This document shows, piece after piece, positions 1 to 10,750 of a stretch of DNA of 64,000 nucleotides. The stretch lies in the IMG/VR virus record IMGVR_UViG_3300022213_000004. One strand, 5' to 3'. The position numbers and the translations under genes were made by a program. The notes under the pieces are model-generated. The model had not been told where the DNA came from. It searched no databases and was given only the letters and a program-made list of their open reading frames with translations. Position 1 is the stretch's first letter. Each line of letters begins with the position of its first letter. Origin of the DNA: a virus.

Positions 1-2
1 AA

Positions 3-1462
3 AATCTAGCAATTCCACTCACACCCAAAATTCAGGGTGATGCGATTTATGGATTAGATCCAAGAAACTTTGATACTTTTAAGTTTAGCAATAGTGGTAT
101 TGCAACACACGAAAATAATACTTTCAAGGTTGGTTGTGGAACAGATGCAAACTCTTATGGAGTTATAAGAAGCACAAACTTTCTTAGATATCGTCCAGGA
201 CAGGGTGTAGTCGGTAGATTTACTGCATCATTCTCAAATAACCCAGTAGGATTTACTCAAAGAGCAGGTTTCTTCAATCAAGAAAACTCCCTCCAAATTG
301 GTTATGCCCATACAAATGGACAGTTTGGTATTCTTCGTGCAACTGGTGGTAAGACACACATTCACCAATTTACATTTACTGCACTTGATGATGGTAATGT
401 AACTGTGACTATAAATGGGACTGCATTTACTGCGGTAACTTTAAGTACTGGAACTATTGCTGGAAATATTGCACAACTCGTTCAGGGACTAAGAGCACAA
501 GCACTCTTTAATGCTTTATATCTCGCAGAATACGACCAAACAAAGATTACTTTCCTTGCTACATCTCTTGGTGCCCAAAACGGAACCAACAATGTAACCA
601 GCACCGCAACAGTTACATTTACTTCCAGTCATTTACAACTAGGTGTAGCACAAACCGAGAATTGGACATTCCAAGAAGACTTTAACTTAGATAAACTTGA
701 TGGAACTGGATACTCTGGTGTTACACTAGACCATCAAAACTGAATATCTATCAAATCAACTTCCGTTGGTTGGGTGCTGGTGAGATGAGATATGCGATAG
801 AAAATCCTCTGAATGGAGATATGATTTTCTTCCATCACGAGCATTATTCCAATAGATACACAACTCCACACTTAGATAATCCATCACTCAAACTTGGATA
901 TGTCGCAGCAAATCTTGGTTCTCCTACAAGTGGAGTTGTAACTTGTAGAGGTGCATCATTTATGGGTGCAGTTGAAGGTAATGTAGTTCAAACCAGATTA
1001 CCTTACTCTGCAACAGGTTCAAGAACTGATGCAATGAACACTCCTGGTTCTTTGTATCATATTCTATCAGTTAAGAATAGATTGGTTTTCCAAGGAAAAG
1101 TAAATACAAGAGACTTGATTCCAAAAAGAATTACTGCTTCGGTGAATACCGTTGGAGACCCAGCAATCTTATATGTTTATGTAAATCCAAATACAACAAA
1201 CTTTTTTAGATGGATAAGTCCAACAAATGAATTTAATGCATCACTTTATGCAACACAAAGCACTGCTGGGTTGTTTTCAATGAGTGCTACACAAACCTAT
1301 CAACCAATAGCAGCATTTCATATTTCGGACGGAGCAACTCTGGATGCAAGTCTAAGTGATTTAGGTATTGATATTCCACCTAATAATTTTATCAGTATCT
1401 ATGTTTCTTCTACAAGTAATATGACTGCTGCTTCGGCATCATTGATTTGGGTAGAAGACTAA
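3..1462 (+). CDS. Probable virion structural protein, 5'-truncated by the window and interrupted by a 1-nt frameshift near 731
   Basis: Frame 3 is open from the window start to 743. Shifting frame at GAC-CAT (~731) gives ...GVTLDPSKLNIYQINFRWLGAGEMRY, which joins ORF 770..1462. Thr/Ser/Gly-rich and upstream of head genes. Confidence 0.55.
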
Positions 1463-1497
1463 TAATAATAAATAACTAAAAGTGTACTATAAAAATA

Positions 1498-2049
1498 ATG
1501 GCTCATAGACCAGTTGGGGCAGGTTCCTCATTTAGTTTTTCTGCAGGTGCTGCAACAACATCATCTGCCTTTTCAGTTCAATCTAGTGTTTTGAGAGTGG
1601 TTGCTGTTGGGGGAGCTGCACACATTGCTGTTGGTGAAACACCTTCAGCAACAACTGCAGATTATTATGTTCCCTCGGGCGAGACTGTAACTTTAGGTTT
1701 AACTAAAGCATCAAATAGAGTTGTTGGTGTAACAACAGGAACAACAACCATTGTTACTGTTCCAGAAGGAACTCAAGTTCCATTTGCAGTTGGTGATTAT
1801 GTATCTTTAACTGCAACTGGTCAATCTTATTATAATTTCACTCACCAAAGAGTTTTATCGATTGATACTTCTACAGGTGTTGGTGGATATTTCTCAACAA
1901 GAATGACTGTAAATTATAATTCAAGTGGAATTGTAACAGCATTCTCTGCAGCAGATGCATCAGTAGTTCTTTCAAATAAGATCTCTGCTTACGGAGTTGG
2001 TTCAGGAACACTTTATTTCCAACAAGTACAAATCACAGGTCAAGCATGA
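1498..2049 (+). CDS. Conserved cyanophage protein upstream of prohead protease, probably structural
   Basis: 183-aa beta-rich T/S/G/V ORF with an AATAAATA late-promoter-like box upstream. Confidence 0.6.
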   Translation: MAHRPVGAGSSFSFSAGAATTSSAFSVQSSVLRVVAVGGAAHIAVGETPSATTADYYVPSGETVTLGLTKASNRVVGVTTGTTTIVTVPEGTQVPFAVGDYVSLTATGQSYYNFTHQRVLSIDTSTGVGGYFSTRMTVNYNSSGIVTAFSAADASVVLSNKISAYGVGSGTLYFQQVQITGQA

Positions 2050-2699
2050 TGAAACTCATTACCGAAGAAATCGAATCAGTAGAAGTTCTTACCGAAACGG
2101 TCAATGGTAAGAAGACTCTTTATATTCAAGGACCTTTCCTGCAAAGTGAATGTGTGAATCGTAATGGCAGAATGTATCCGTTTTCAATTATGGAAAGGGA
2201 AGTGAAGCGTTATACTGAGCAATATGTAGATAAAGGACGTGCTCTTGGAGAACTTGGACATCCTGATGGTCCTACTGTAAATCTTGATCGTGTTTCTCAT
2301 AAGATTGTTTCTTTATCTTGTGAAGGAAACAATTGGATTGGAAAAGCACAAATTCTACCAACTCCAATGGGTAAGATTGCTGAATCACTTTTAAATTCTG
2401 GTGTTTGTCTTGGAGTTTCTTCTCGTGGTATTGGATCACTAAGAGAAAATAGTAGAGGTTATAAAGAAGTTGGTGAAGATTTTATGTTAGCAACTGCTGC
2501 TGATATCGTGGCTGACCCTTCCGCACCCGATGCATTTGTTCAAGGAATTATGGAAGGTAAAGAGTGGGTATGGGATGGAGGAATGCTTCGCGAAAGACTT
2601 GCAGAGCAAACTCAAAGAAAAATTAATACTCTAGTAGATCAAAAACTTCTAGAAGAGTATAAACTAAGTCTGTTCAATGAGTTTTTAAACTCATTGTAA
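2046..2699 (+). CDS. gp21: Prohead core protease
   Basis: NRNGRMYP, ALGELGHP and GVSSRGIGS motifs of T4 gp21. Confidence 0.97.
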   Translation: MMKLITEEIESVEVLTETVNGKKTLYIQGPFLQSECVNRNGRMYPFSIMEREVKRYTEQYVDKGRALGELGHPDGPTVNLDRVSHKIVSLSCEGNNWIGKAQILPTPMGKIAESLLNSGVCLGVSSRGIGSLRENSRGYKEVGEDFMLATAADIVADPSAPDAFVQGIMEGKEWVWDGGMLRERLAEQTQRKINTLVDQKLLEEYKLSLFNEFLNSL

Positions 2700-2708
2700 T
2701 TTATTTAA

Positions 2709-2717
2709 TTATAAATA
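2709..2717 (+). promoter_or_regulatory. T4-type late promoter TATAAATA
   Basis: TTATAAATA upstream of gp22; gp55 is encoded in this window. Confidence 0.8.
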
Positions 2718-2756
2718 AATATAGTTTATAACGTAAAGGTTAAACGGAGAGTTCAA

Positions 2757-3920
2757 ATGTCTCGTGGAGATTTACAAGAAATGGAAGTAGGCACTAAACC
2801 ATCCAGAACCGCTGTTAATGCTAACGCAAAAGCAGCGGAGGCAATGCCTCATTTATCTGGTTCAACCCCTGGACAAACTGGTGGTTGGGAAGATCTAGGT
2901 GGTCCCGATCCTTCTAACTATCGTCCAGATGATGATTCAGCAAAACTGAAGACACCTGGTGCAAGTCTTAAGCAAGTTAAGGATGTTGTCAATAAAGGTG
3001 CTAAGGCTGCTGAAGCAATGAAAGGTCTTCACAAAGAAGAGGAAGAACTCGAAGATGAAGATGTAATTGAAGAAGAGATTGAAGAAGATGAAGAAATTGT
3101 AGAAGCAAAAGAGGAAGAAGAAGATAGTGAAGATGAGGACGATGAAGATGACGAAGAAGATGACGAAGAAGATGATGATGAAGTAAAGAAAGAAGAGTAT
3201 GATATCGAAGAAGATGTTAATGCTCTTTTAGAAGGTGAAGATCTTTCCGAAGAATTCCAAGAGAAAGCACGTACCATCTTCGAAGCTGCTATTCGTTCAA
3301 AAGTTTTTGAAATCAAAGAAACTCTTGAGGAGCAGTATGCTACTGCACTTGCAGAAGAAGTAGAAGAAATTAAAGAGTCTCTTGCTGAGCGTGTAGATGC
3401 ATACCTTGAGTATGTTGCAGATGAGTGGATTCAAGAGAATGCACTTGTTATTGAGCAAGGTCTTAAGACTGAGATGACCGAATCATTCCTCCAAGGAATG
3501 AGAGGTCTTTTTGAAGATCATTATGTAACAATCCCTGAAGATAAATATGATGTGCTTGAGAGCATGGTAGAAAAACTTGATGAAATGGAGACAAAACTCA
3601 ACGAGCAGATTGAGAAAAACGTTTCCCTTAACAAGCGTCTCGCAGAGTCGGTTGCTGATGGAATCTTTGAACAGGTCGCTGTTGGTCTTGCAGACACACA
3701 GAGAGACAAGCTCGCTTCACTTGCCGAAAGTGTTGAGTTTGAAAGTGAAGAAGAATATCGTGAAAAACTGGAGACTTTGAAGGAATCATATTTCCCTTCA
3801 AGAGTTGTATCTCCATCGGCTAAAACTGAAACTCTGTCTGAAGGTTTAGACGTTACACCCGAATCTTATTCAGATTCAATGTCCGTATATCTAAAGACTC
3901 TTTCAGCATTCGGCAAATAA
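2757..3920 (+). CDS. gp22: Prohead core scaffold protein
   Basis: Highly acidic coiled-coil protein with LSEEFQEKARTIFEAA, between gp21 and gp23. Confidence 0.93.
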   Translation: MSRGDLQEMEVGTKPSRTAVNANAKAAEAMPHLSGSTPGQTGGWEDLGGPDPSNYRPDDDSAKLKTPGASLKQVKDVVNKGAKAAEAMKGLHKEEEELEDEDVIEEEIEEDEEIVEAKEEEEDSEDEDDEDDEEDDEEDDDEVKKEEYDIEEDVNALLEGEDLSEEFQEKARTIFEAAIRSKVFEIKETLEEQYATALAEEVEEIKESLAERVDAYLEYVADEWIQENALVIEQGLKTEMTESFLQGMRGLFEDHYVTIPEDKYDVLESMVEKLDEMETKLNEQIEKNVSLNKRLAESVADGIFEQVAVGLADTQRDKLASLAESVEFESEEEYREKLETLKESYFPSRVVSPSAKTETLSEGLDVTPESYSDSMSVYLKTLSAFGK

Positions 3921-3978
3921 TTGAATTTAATATAATTCAAACCACAAAAAACAAACACTTAGTAAAAGGTAAAAGCAA

Positions 3979-5397
3979 ATGTTCCAGTCAGAACAATTGC
4001 AGGAAAAGTGGGCACCACTCTTAGACTATCAGGGTCTTGATTCGATCAAAGATTCTCATCGTAGAGCTGTAACCGCTGTCCTGCTCGAAAACCAAGAAAG
4101 ATTTTTAAGAGAAGAATCAGCATTTAGTTCAGGTGGTATTTCCAACCTGATGGAAGCACCAACCAACGCAGTTGGTAACGGTGGATTCACTGGATCTGCT
4201 ACTGCAGCTGGTCCTACCGCAGGTTTCGACCCCGTACTGATCTCACTGATCCGTCGTTCGATGCCTAACCTGATCGCCTATGATATTGCAGGCGTTCAAC
4301 CAATGAGCGGTCCTACTGGACTCATCTTCGCAATGCGTTCACGCTACCAGAATCAGTCTGGTGCAGAAACATTCTACAATGAAGTAGATTCTGCATTCTC
4401 TGGTCAACCTGCTGGTCGTGATAATTCAGATGGATTTACCGATGGTAATGCCGGTATGGGCACTACCGCTCAAGGCGGAAGCAATCCATCAGTTCTGAAC
4501 CCAGTTTCAACTGCAACCTCAACCGCATACAATGTTGGTCAGGGTATGCGTACAGACCAGGCTGAAGCTCTGGATGGTACGGGTGCTGACGCATTCAACC
4601 AGATGGCATTCTCAATCGAGAAAGTCACTGTTACTGCAAAGTCACGCGCACTGAAAGCTGAGTACTCACTAGAACTCGCTCAAGACCTCAAGGCAATCCA
4701 TGGTCTGAACGCTGAAGCGGAACTAGCAAACATTCTCTCAACTGAGATTCTTGCTGAGATCAACCGCGAAGTTATCAGAACCATCTACAAGGTTGCTGAA
4801 CAGGGTGCGGTACAGAACGTTGCAACTCCTGGTATTTTCGACCTCGACGTTGATTCCAACGGTCGTTGGTCTGTTGAGAAATTCAAGGGTCTTCTGTTCC
4901 AGATTGAGCGTGATGCTAACGCTATCGCTCAGAGAACTCGTCGTGGAAAGGGCAACATCATCCTCTGCTCTGCAGACGTTGCTTCCGCTCTAACCATGGC
5001 TGGCGTTCTGGATTATACCCCTGCACTCAACGCTAACCTCACCGTAGATGACACCGGCAACACCTTTGCTGGTACTCTAATGGGCAAGTTCCGCGTCTAC
5101 ATCGACCCATATGCTGCTAACCTGACTTCAGGTAATGCAACTCCAGGTAATCAGTACTATGTTGCTGGTTATAAGGGTTCTTCACCTTATGACGCTGGAC
5201 TCTTCTATTGCCCCTATGTTCCTCTCCAAATGGTTCGTGCCGTTGGTGAGAACAGCTTCCAGCCCAAGATTGGATTTAAGACCCGTTATGGAATGGTTGC
5301 AAACCCATTCGCTGAAGGTACTAACCAGGGTCTTGGTGGACTTAACATCAACGCTAACCGCTACTATCGTCGTGTGGCGGTCAAAAATCTCATGTAA
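3979..5397 (+). CDS. gp23: Major capsid protein
   Basis: GVQPMSGPTGLIFAMR, KSRALKAEYSLELAQDLKAIHGL and FQPKIGFKTRYG motifs. Confidence 0.99.
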   Translation: MFQSEQLQEKWAPLLDYQGLDSIKDSHRRAVTAVLLENQERFLREESAFSSGGISNLMEAPTNAVGNGGFTGSATAAGPTAGFDPVLISLIRRSMPNLIAYDIAGVQPMSGPTGLIFAMRSRYQNQSGAETFYNEVDSAFSGQPAGRDNSDGFTDGNAGMGTTAQGGSNPSVLNPVSTATSTAYNVGQGMRTDQAEALDGTGADAFNQMAFSIEKVTVTAKSRALKAEYSLELAQDLKAIHGLNAEAELANILSTEILAEINREVIRTIYKVAEQGAVQNVATPGIFDLDVDSNGRWSVEKFKGLLFQIERDANAIAQRTRRGKGNIILCSADVASALTMAGVLDYTPALNANLTVDDTGNTFAGTLMGKFRVYIDPYAANLTSGNATPGNQYYVAGYKGSSPYDAGLFYCPYVPLQMVRAVGENSFQPKIGFKTRYGMVANPFAEGTNQGLGGLNINANRYYRRVAVKNLM

Positions 5398-5417
5398 ATC
5401 TCATATGAGATTATCTG

Positions 5418-5446
5418 GAGGACCTCAAAAAAGGTCCTCTTTTTTT
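5418..5446 (+). terminator. Intrinsic terminator after gp23
   Basis: GAGGACCT-caaaaa-AGGTCCTC followed by a T run. Confidence 0.85.
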
Positions 5447-5476
5447 ATAAATAATACAGTTAAGAACCTCAGTGAT

Positions 5477-5953
5477 ATGTTTTATATTTACAAATCAACT
5501 AATAAAATTAATAGTAAATTTTATATCGGTAGATGCAAAGGCCCTATTGAAAACAGAGAATATAAACACTGGTGGTATGTTTCCAATAAAAATAGCAATG
5601 CGCCATTTCCAAATGCTTTACGAAAATATGGAAGAGATAACTTTACGTGGGAAATTATAGAAGAAACTAATGAAAGTAATAATGGAGAAAGAGAAATCTA
5701 TTGGATAAATAAACTCAAACCACATTACAATGCAACTTTAGGTGGAGATGGAGGAACTCTTGGACATTCGTGCCCAGAACATGTAAAAGAAGCGACAAGA
5801 CAATCAAGAATTGTATCAGTTAAAGATAGAAAGACTGGAAAAATTTATACTTCTATGAAAGAAGCAAGAAAAGATACTGGAATTTTGGAAAGTAGTATAA
5901 GCAGATCTTTAAAATATAACGGACCTGGTAGTAGATGGGAAAGAGTTATCTAA
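5477..5953 (+). CDS. Free-standing GIY-YIG (Seg-like) homing endonuclease
   Basis: YIYKSTNKINSKFYIGR...ALRKYGRDNF...EREIYWI...YN; TATAAATA at 5446. Real start is ATG 5477, not 5135. Confidence 0.85.
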   Translation: MFYIYKSTNKINSKFYIGRCKGPIENREYKHWWYVSNKNSNAPFPNALRKYGRDNFTWEIIEETNESNNGEREIYWINKLKPHYNATLGGDGGTLGHSCPEHVKEATRQSRIVSVKDRKTGKIYTSMKEARKDTGILESSISRSLKYNGPGSRWERVI

Positions 5954-5968
5954 ATATTTAAAAAAATC

Positions 5969-6520
5969 ATGGTAGCGGGACAACCAGAGAATAGAAATTT
6001 TCTATCTCCAACGGGATTTAAATTTACATTAAAAAGAACTCCAAAGGTTGCATTTTTTTGCAATTCAGCAAACATTCCAGAATTAAATCTTGGTATAGCA
6101 GTCCAACCATCATATCTCAAAGATATTGATATTCCAGGAGATAAAATTGTTTTTGGAGATTTAAATTTAAGATTTCTTGTAGATGAGAACCTTGAAAATT
6201 ATATGGAAATTCAAAACTGGATTAGAGGGTTAGGATATCCAGAAAGTTTGAATCAGATTTATGATTTTCAAGAGACCGGATATATTACTCCTAGAGTAGA
6301 AGCACAGAAGCAGTTGGGATTATATTCTGATGGAACTCTTCAAGTTCTAACAAGTTCCTCAATACCAAATTTTCAGATTGTTTTTAAAGACCTGTTTCCA
6401 TATTCATTGGGAACTTTAAGTTTTGATGCAACTCAAACCGATGTCCAGTACTTTACAGCAGATGTAAGTTTCAAGTATACTATTTACAATATAGTAGATC
6501 TTGGTGGCAATCCTTTATGA
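5969..6520 (+). CDS. gp3: Tail completion / sheath stabilizer protein
   Basis: NFLSPTGFKF, FLVDENLENYMEI; typical cyanophage position after gp23. Confidence 0.85.
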   Translation: MVAGQPENRNFLSPTGFKFTLKRTPKVAFFCNSANIPELNLGIAVQPSYLKDIDIPGDKIVFGDLNLRFLVDENLENYMEIQNWIRGLGYPESLNQIYDFQETGYITPRVEAQKQLGLYSDGTLQVLTSSSIPNFQIVFKDLFPYSLGTLSFDATQTDVQYFTADVSFKYTIYNIVDLGGNPL

Positions 6521-6954
6521 GTTTTGATTTAGATACAATTCAAAAAATGTGGGAACAGGACTCTAAAATTGATATGGATAATCTTCATACAGAGTCTACA
6601 AACATTCCAGTTCTTCACGCAAAATATTTTGAGTTATATAATACCATATTTCTTTTAAGAAAAAAAGCAGAGCAACAAAAAAGAAATATACGTCACGAAA
6701 GATATGAATATTATTCCGGCAAGTCAGACCCAGAAGTATACGTAGAAAATCCTTTTCCCAAAAAGATTCGGGATAAAGACACAATGCAAAAGTATCTTGA
6801 CGCAGACGAAAAACTTTCAACAGTGTGTCTCAAAATAGATTATTATGATACTATGCTTACTTATATTGAAAGTATTCTTAAAATGATTCAGAACAGAACG
6901 TTTCAAATCAAGAATGCTATTGAGTTTATGAGATTTAACGCTGGACTAGGGTAA
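6517..6954 (+). CDS. uvsY: Recombination mediator
   Basis: Helical ~145-aa protein ending RTFQIKNAIEF, upstream of uvsW. Confidence 0.9.
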   Translation: MSFDLDTIQKMWEQDSKIDMDNLHTESTNIPVLHAKYFELYNTIFLLRKKAEQQKRNIRHERYEYYSGKSDPEVYVENPFPKKIRDKDTMQKYLDADEKLSTVCLKIDYYDTMLTYIESILKMIQNRTFQIKNAIEFMRFNAGLG

Positions 6955-6981
6955 ATAAATACTCATAGCAATATTAATGCT

Positions 6982-8454
6982 ATGAGTGATGTCATTATAG
7001 AAAAAAAGAATGAGGTTTACATTAAACTTCATTGCGAATCCCATATTTTATACGAACTTCAACCATATTTCACATTTGAAGTCGAATCTGCAAAATTTAT
7101 GTCTCAGTATAGAAGCAGACACTGGGACGGCAAAATTCGACTGTTAAGTACTCATACTGGAGAAATTTACGCAGGTTTGTTAGATAAGATTATCGACAAA
7201 CTAACTCTCCACAACTATACATATGAGTTTAAAGAAAATAAATTTTATGGTATGCCTTTTGAAGTTAATGAGGGCGTATCATTTGAGGGTGTAAAGGATT
7301 ACATGCAATCTATTTGTGCTCATACTCCCAGGCAATACCAGATTGAGGGAGTATATGATGCACTAAGGCATAATAGAAAACTGTTGATAAGCCCCACTGC
7401 ATCAGGCAAATCACTGATGATTTATTCTCTCGTAAGATATTATGTGGATAAAGGCGAAAAAATTCTCTTAGTTGTTCCAACGACATCTCTTGTAGAGCAG
7501 ATGTACAAGGATTTCCAAGACTATGGTTGGGATGCTGAGTCATATTGCCACCGTATCTATTCTGGTAGAGAAAAAACGAATGAATATCCAGTAACGATTA
7601 CGACTTGGCAATCTGTTTATAAACTAGAGCGTTCATTCTTTGAAGAATATAACTGTATTATAGGTGACGAAGCGCATTTATTCAAGAGTAAATCTCTGAT
7701 TGAGATTATGACTAAGCTTCATCATGCTAAGTATAGATTTGGTTTCACTGGAACTCTTGATGGAACTCAGACTCACAAGTGGGTTTTGGAAGGATTGTTT
7801 GGTCCATCATATAAAGTGACTAGAACTTATGAGTTGATGGAGCAAGGACATATTTCCCAGTTAGATATTCGTTGTCTTGTTCTTAAGCACCCCCCTCAAA
7901 AGTTTGAAACTTATGAAGATGAGATTCAGTATTTAATATCTCACGATCAAAGAAACAAATTTATAACAAATCTTTCTTTAGATTTAAAAGGTAACACTCT
8001 TGTTCTTTTTTCAAGAGTTGAAGCACACGGAGCGATACTTTATGAAAGAATAAATAACACTAAGCGAGGTGATCGTAAAGTATTTTTTATTCATGGCGGT
8101 GTAGATACTGAAGAAAGAGAATTGGTTAGAGAAATAACAGAACGGGAAAACAACGCAATCATTGTTGCTTCCTATGGAACTTTTTCTACTGGTATTAATA
8201 TTAAAAATCTTCATAACGTTATCTTTGCTTCTCCTAGCAAATCGCGAATAAGAAATTTACAAAGTATAGGAAGAGTGCTTAGAAAAGGAAAAAACAAAAC
8301 AAAAGCAGTTCTTTACGATATCTCTGATGACTGTACATATAATTCGAGAAAAAATTACACTTTAAATCATTTGATAGAGAGAATCCGTATATACAATGAG
8401 GAACAATTTAACTATGAAATAATTACTGTACAATTAAAGAAAAATGGGAATTGA
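6982..8454 (+). CDS. uvsW: SF2 RNA/DNA helicase
   Basis: WDGKIRL, SPTASGKS, DEAH and QSIGRVLR motifs. Confidence 0.97.
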   Translation: MSDVIIEKKNEVYIKLHCESHILYELQPYFTFEVESAKFMSQYRSRHWDGKIRLLSTHTGEIYAGLLDKIIDKLTLHNYTYEFKENKFYGMPFEVNEGVSFEGVKDYMQSICAHTPRQYQIEGVYDALRHNRKLLISPTASGKSLMIYSLVRYYVDKGEKILLVVPTTSLVEQMYKDFQDYGWDAESYCHRIYSGREKTNEYPVTITTWQSVYKLERSFFEEYNCIIGDEAHLFKSKSLIEIMTKLHHAKYRFGFTGTLDGTQTHKWVLEGLFGPSYKVTRTYELMEQGHISQLDIRCLVLKHPPQKFETYEDEIQYLISHDQRNKFITNLSLDLKGNTLVLFSRVEAHGAILYERINNTKRGDRKVFFIHGGVDTEERELVREITERENNAIIVASYGTFSTGINIKNLHNVIFASPSKSRIRNLQSIGRVLRKGKNKTKAVLYDISDDCTYNSRKNYTLNHLIERIRIYNEEQFNYEIITVQLKKNGN

Positions 8455-8839
8455 AGAAGATTTTTACTGCACACTCAAACTAAAAACAGGCGAAGAGATC
8501 TTTGCTAAAATAGCAGCATCTGAAGAGGAAGATAGAACTATTCTGATTGTTTCTAATCCAATCACAGTAAATGAAATTAAAAATAGATCTGGTATCGTTG
8601 GATATAAATTAGAACCTTGGTTAAAAACAACAACAGAAGATATGTTTATTATTAATCTTGAAGATGTCTTAACTCTTTCTGAATCTTCTGATATTGAAAT
8701 GATTATGATGTATCAGTCTTTTGTTCGTAACTCAAATAGAGAAAGTACAAATCAATCTAAGATTAATCGTAGAATGGGATACATTGCCAATGTTAAGGAT
8801 GCTAAAGAGATATTAGAGAAGCTTTATAAAAATAGCTAA
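8444..8839 (+). CDS. Conserved T4-like cyanophage hypothetical protein
   Basis: 131-aa ORF with LKLKTGEEI N-terminus, between uvsW and gp55. Confidence 0.75.
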   Translation: MGIEEDFYCTLKLKTGEEIFAKIAASEEEDRTILIVSNPITVNEIKNRSGIVGYKLEPWLKTTTEDMFIINLEDVLTLSESSDIEMIMMYQSFVRNSNRESTNQSKINRRMGYIANVKDAKEILEKLYKNS

Positions 8840-8890
8840 GATATAACTTATCAACCCCGACAAAGGTTATTGTACAGGGTTTGAAGCACC

Positions 8891-8919
8891 TTGTCAAGTA
8901 TTTGTTTGAGTGGTATAAT
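8891..8919 (+). promoter_or_regulatory. Sigma70-type promoter for gp55
   Basis: TTGTCA-17 nt-TATAAT. Confidence 0.7.
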
Positions 8920-8944
8920 TTATACATAATAATGATAAAAACTT

Positions 8945-9442
8945 ATGATAAGTACAGCAGTTATGACCAAGAGAAAGAGGTCAGAGCATTACGTTAATAA
9001 CAAAGAGTTTCTTGCTGCTCTCATTAAGTATCGTGAAGATAAAGAAATTGCATTAATTCAAGGAAAGACAAAACCTCCCATTCCTCGCTACATTGGAGAG
9101 TGCTTCTTGAAGATTGCAAATCATCTTTCTTTCAAACCAAACTTCGTGAACTACATGTTCAAGGAAGATATGATTTCTGACGGTATTGAAAACTGTGTTC
9201 AGTATATTCACAACTTCAATCCAGAGAAGTCACAAAATCCTTTTGCTTACTTTACCCAAATCATTCACTATGCGTTTCTTCGTAGAATCCAAAGAGAGAA
9301 ACGTCAACTAGAAATCAAGAATAAAATCCTTGAGCGTTCTGGATTTTCTGAAGTATTTGCGGACGACAACACGGTTGACGGTGGGAACTATTCCGATTAC
9401 AATAGCATTAAAGATGGCGTTCACTCTAAGCTTCGTTATTGA
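8945..9442 (+). CDS. gp55: Late-transcription sigma factor
   Basis: HYVNNKEFL, EDMISDGIENC and NPFAYFTQI motifs. Confidence 0.97.
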   Translation: MISTAVMTKRKRSEHYVNNKEFLAALIKYREDKEIALIQGKTKPPIPRYIGECFLKIANHLSFKPNFVNYMFKEDMISDGIENCVQYIHNFNPEKSQNPFAYFTQIIHYAFLRRIQREKRQLEIKNKILERSGFSEVFADDNTVDGGNYSDYNSIKDGVHSKLRY

Positions 9443-10477
9443 ATGAAAGTAGCTCTAATTAACGATACCCACTATGGGGCAAGGAAAGGTTCAAAATTGT
9501 TTCACGATTATTTTGAACTCTTCTACAAGAATGTGTTTTTCCCGACGCTGGAACAGTACGGGATTGATACAGTCATTCATATGGGTGATGCTTTTGATAG
9601 CCGCAAATCAATTGATTATCAAAGTTTAGAGTGGGCTAAAAGAGTTGTATTTGAACCTCTTAAGAACTATGAGGTTCATATGATTGTTGGTAATCATGAT
9701 AGTTATTATAAGAATACGAACAATACAAACTCTCCTCAACTTCTGCTGAAGGATTATCCAAACATTCGGACATATTCTTCTCCTACAGAAATCAAAGTTG
9801 GGAACCTTGATGTTCTTCTTCTTCCGTGGATTTGTATGGAAAATGAAGAAAAGTCATTGAAGATGATTAAAAAAACCAAAGCAAAAGTTGCTATGGGTCA
9901 TCTTGAGTTTCAAGGTTTTCGAGTAAACCGTCAAATCGTTATGGAACATGGACTGGAAGCAAATCTTTTTACAAACTTCAAAAAGGTATTTTCTGGTCAT
10001 TACCACACTCGTTCTGATAATGGAACTGTATTCTATACGGGAAATCCTTATGAGATTTACTGGACGGACGTAAATGATACTCGCGGTTTCACTATTTTTG
10101 ATACTGAAACATTAGAGCATACTCCAGTTGATAATCCTTATAAGATGTTCTATAACATCTACTATGAGGACACAAACTATCAGACATTTGATACTCGTGA
10201 GTATGAGAACAAAATTGTAAAAATTATTGTCCGCAAAAAGTCTGATACTAAAAAGTTTGAAAAGTTTGTTGATAAACTTTATTCATCTAATATTGCAGAA
10301 CTCAAAATTATTGAAAACTTCGACATTCAAGAACCTGTAGAGTTTGAAGCATTTGAAAGTGAAGATACGATTTCTATCTTGAATAGATATATTCAGGAGG
10401 CAGAAATTAGTCTTGATAAGTCAATCATTCAAAAGATGATGCAAGAAATATATCAAGAGGCATGTGAATTAGTTTAA
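9443..10477 (+). CDS. gp47: Recombination endonuclease subunit (Mre11/SbcD-like)
   Basis: DTHYG, GDAFD, GNHD and SGHYH phosphoesterase motifs. Confidence 0.96.
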   Translation: MKVALINDTHYGARKGSKLFHDYFELFYKNVFFPTLEQYGIDTVIHMGDAFDSRKSIDYQSLEWAKRVVFEPLKNYEVHMIVGNHDSYYKNTNNTNSPQLLLKDYPNIRTYSSPTEIKVGNLDVLLLPWICMENEEKSLKMIKKTKAKVAMGHLEFQGFRVNRQIVMEHGLEANLFTNFKKVFSGHYHTRSDNGTVFYTGNPYEIYWTDVNDTRGFTIFDTETLEHTPVDNPYKMFYNIYYEDTNYQTFDTREYENKIVKIIVRKKSDTKKFEKFVDKLYSSNIAELKIIENFDIQEPVEFEAFESEDTISILNRYIQEAEISLDKSIIQKMMQEIYQEACELV

Positions 10478-10750
10478 ATGTTTATTCTAACAATCAATGG
10501 TAGAGAAACCGAAGGAGCATATTCTGTAGTTGATGATGAAGGAGAACACATTCTTTATCTCTTTCAAGAAGAAGATGATGCTGTTCGTTATGCTATGATG
10601 TTAGAAGAAGATGGATATCCTGAGATGCATGTAATTGAAATTGAAAATGAAGTGATGGTAAAAACTTGCGAAATGCATGGATATCAGTATACTATTATTA
10701 CGCCCGATGACATTGTAATTCCTCCAAATACTGAGTATGATTTTATTTAA
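10478..10750 (+). CDS. Conserved cyanophage hypothetical protein
   Basis: 90-aa acidic ORF abutting gp47 and overlapping gp46. Confidence 0.75.
   Translation: MFILTINGRETEGAYSVVDDEGEHILYLFQEEDDAVRYAMMLEEDGYPEMHVIEIENEVMVKTCEMHGYQYTIITPDDIVIPPNTEYDFI

Noticed and set aside
3029-3316. Poly-Ser minus-strand ORF
   Set aside because: It is the antisense shadow of the GAA/GAT-rich acidic tract of gp22.
5135-5476. 5' extension of ORF 5135..5953 overlapping gp23
   Set aside because: It crosses the gp23 terminator; the GIY-YIG domain and late promoter point to ATG 5477.
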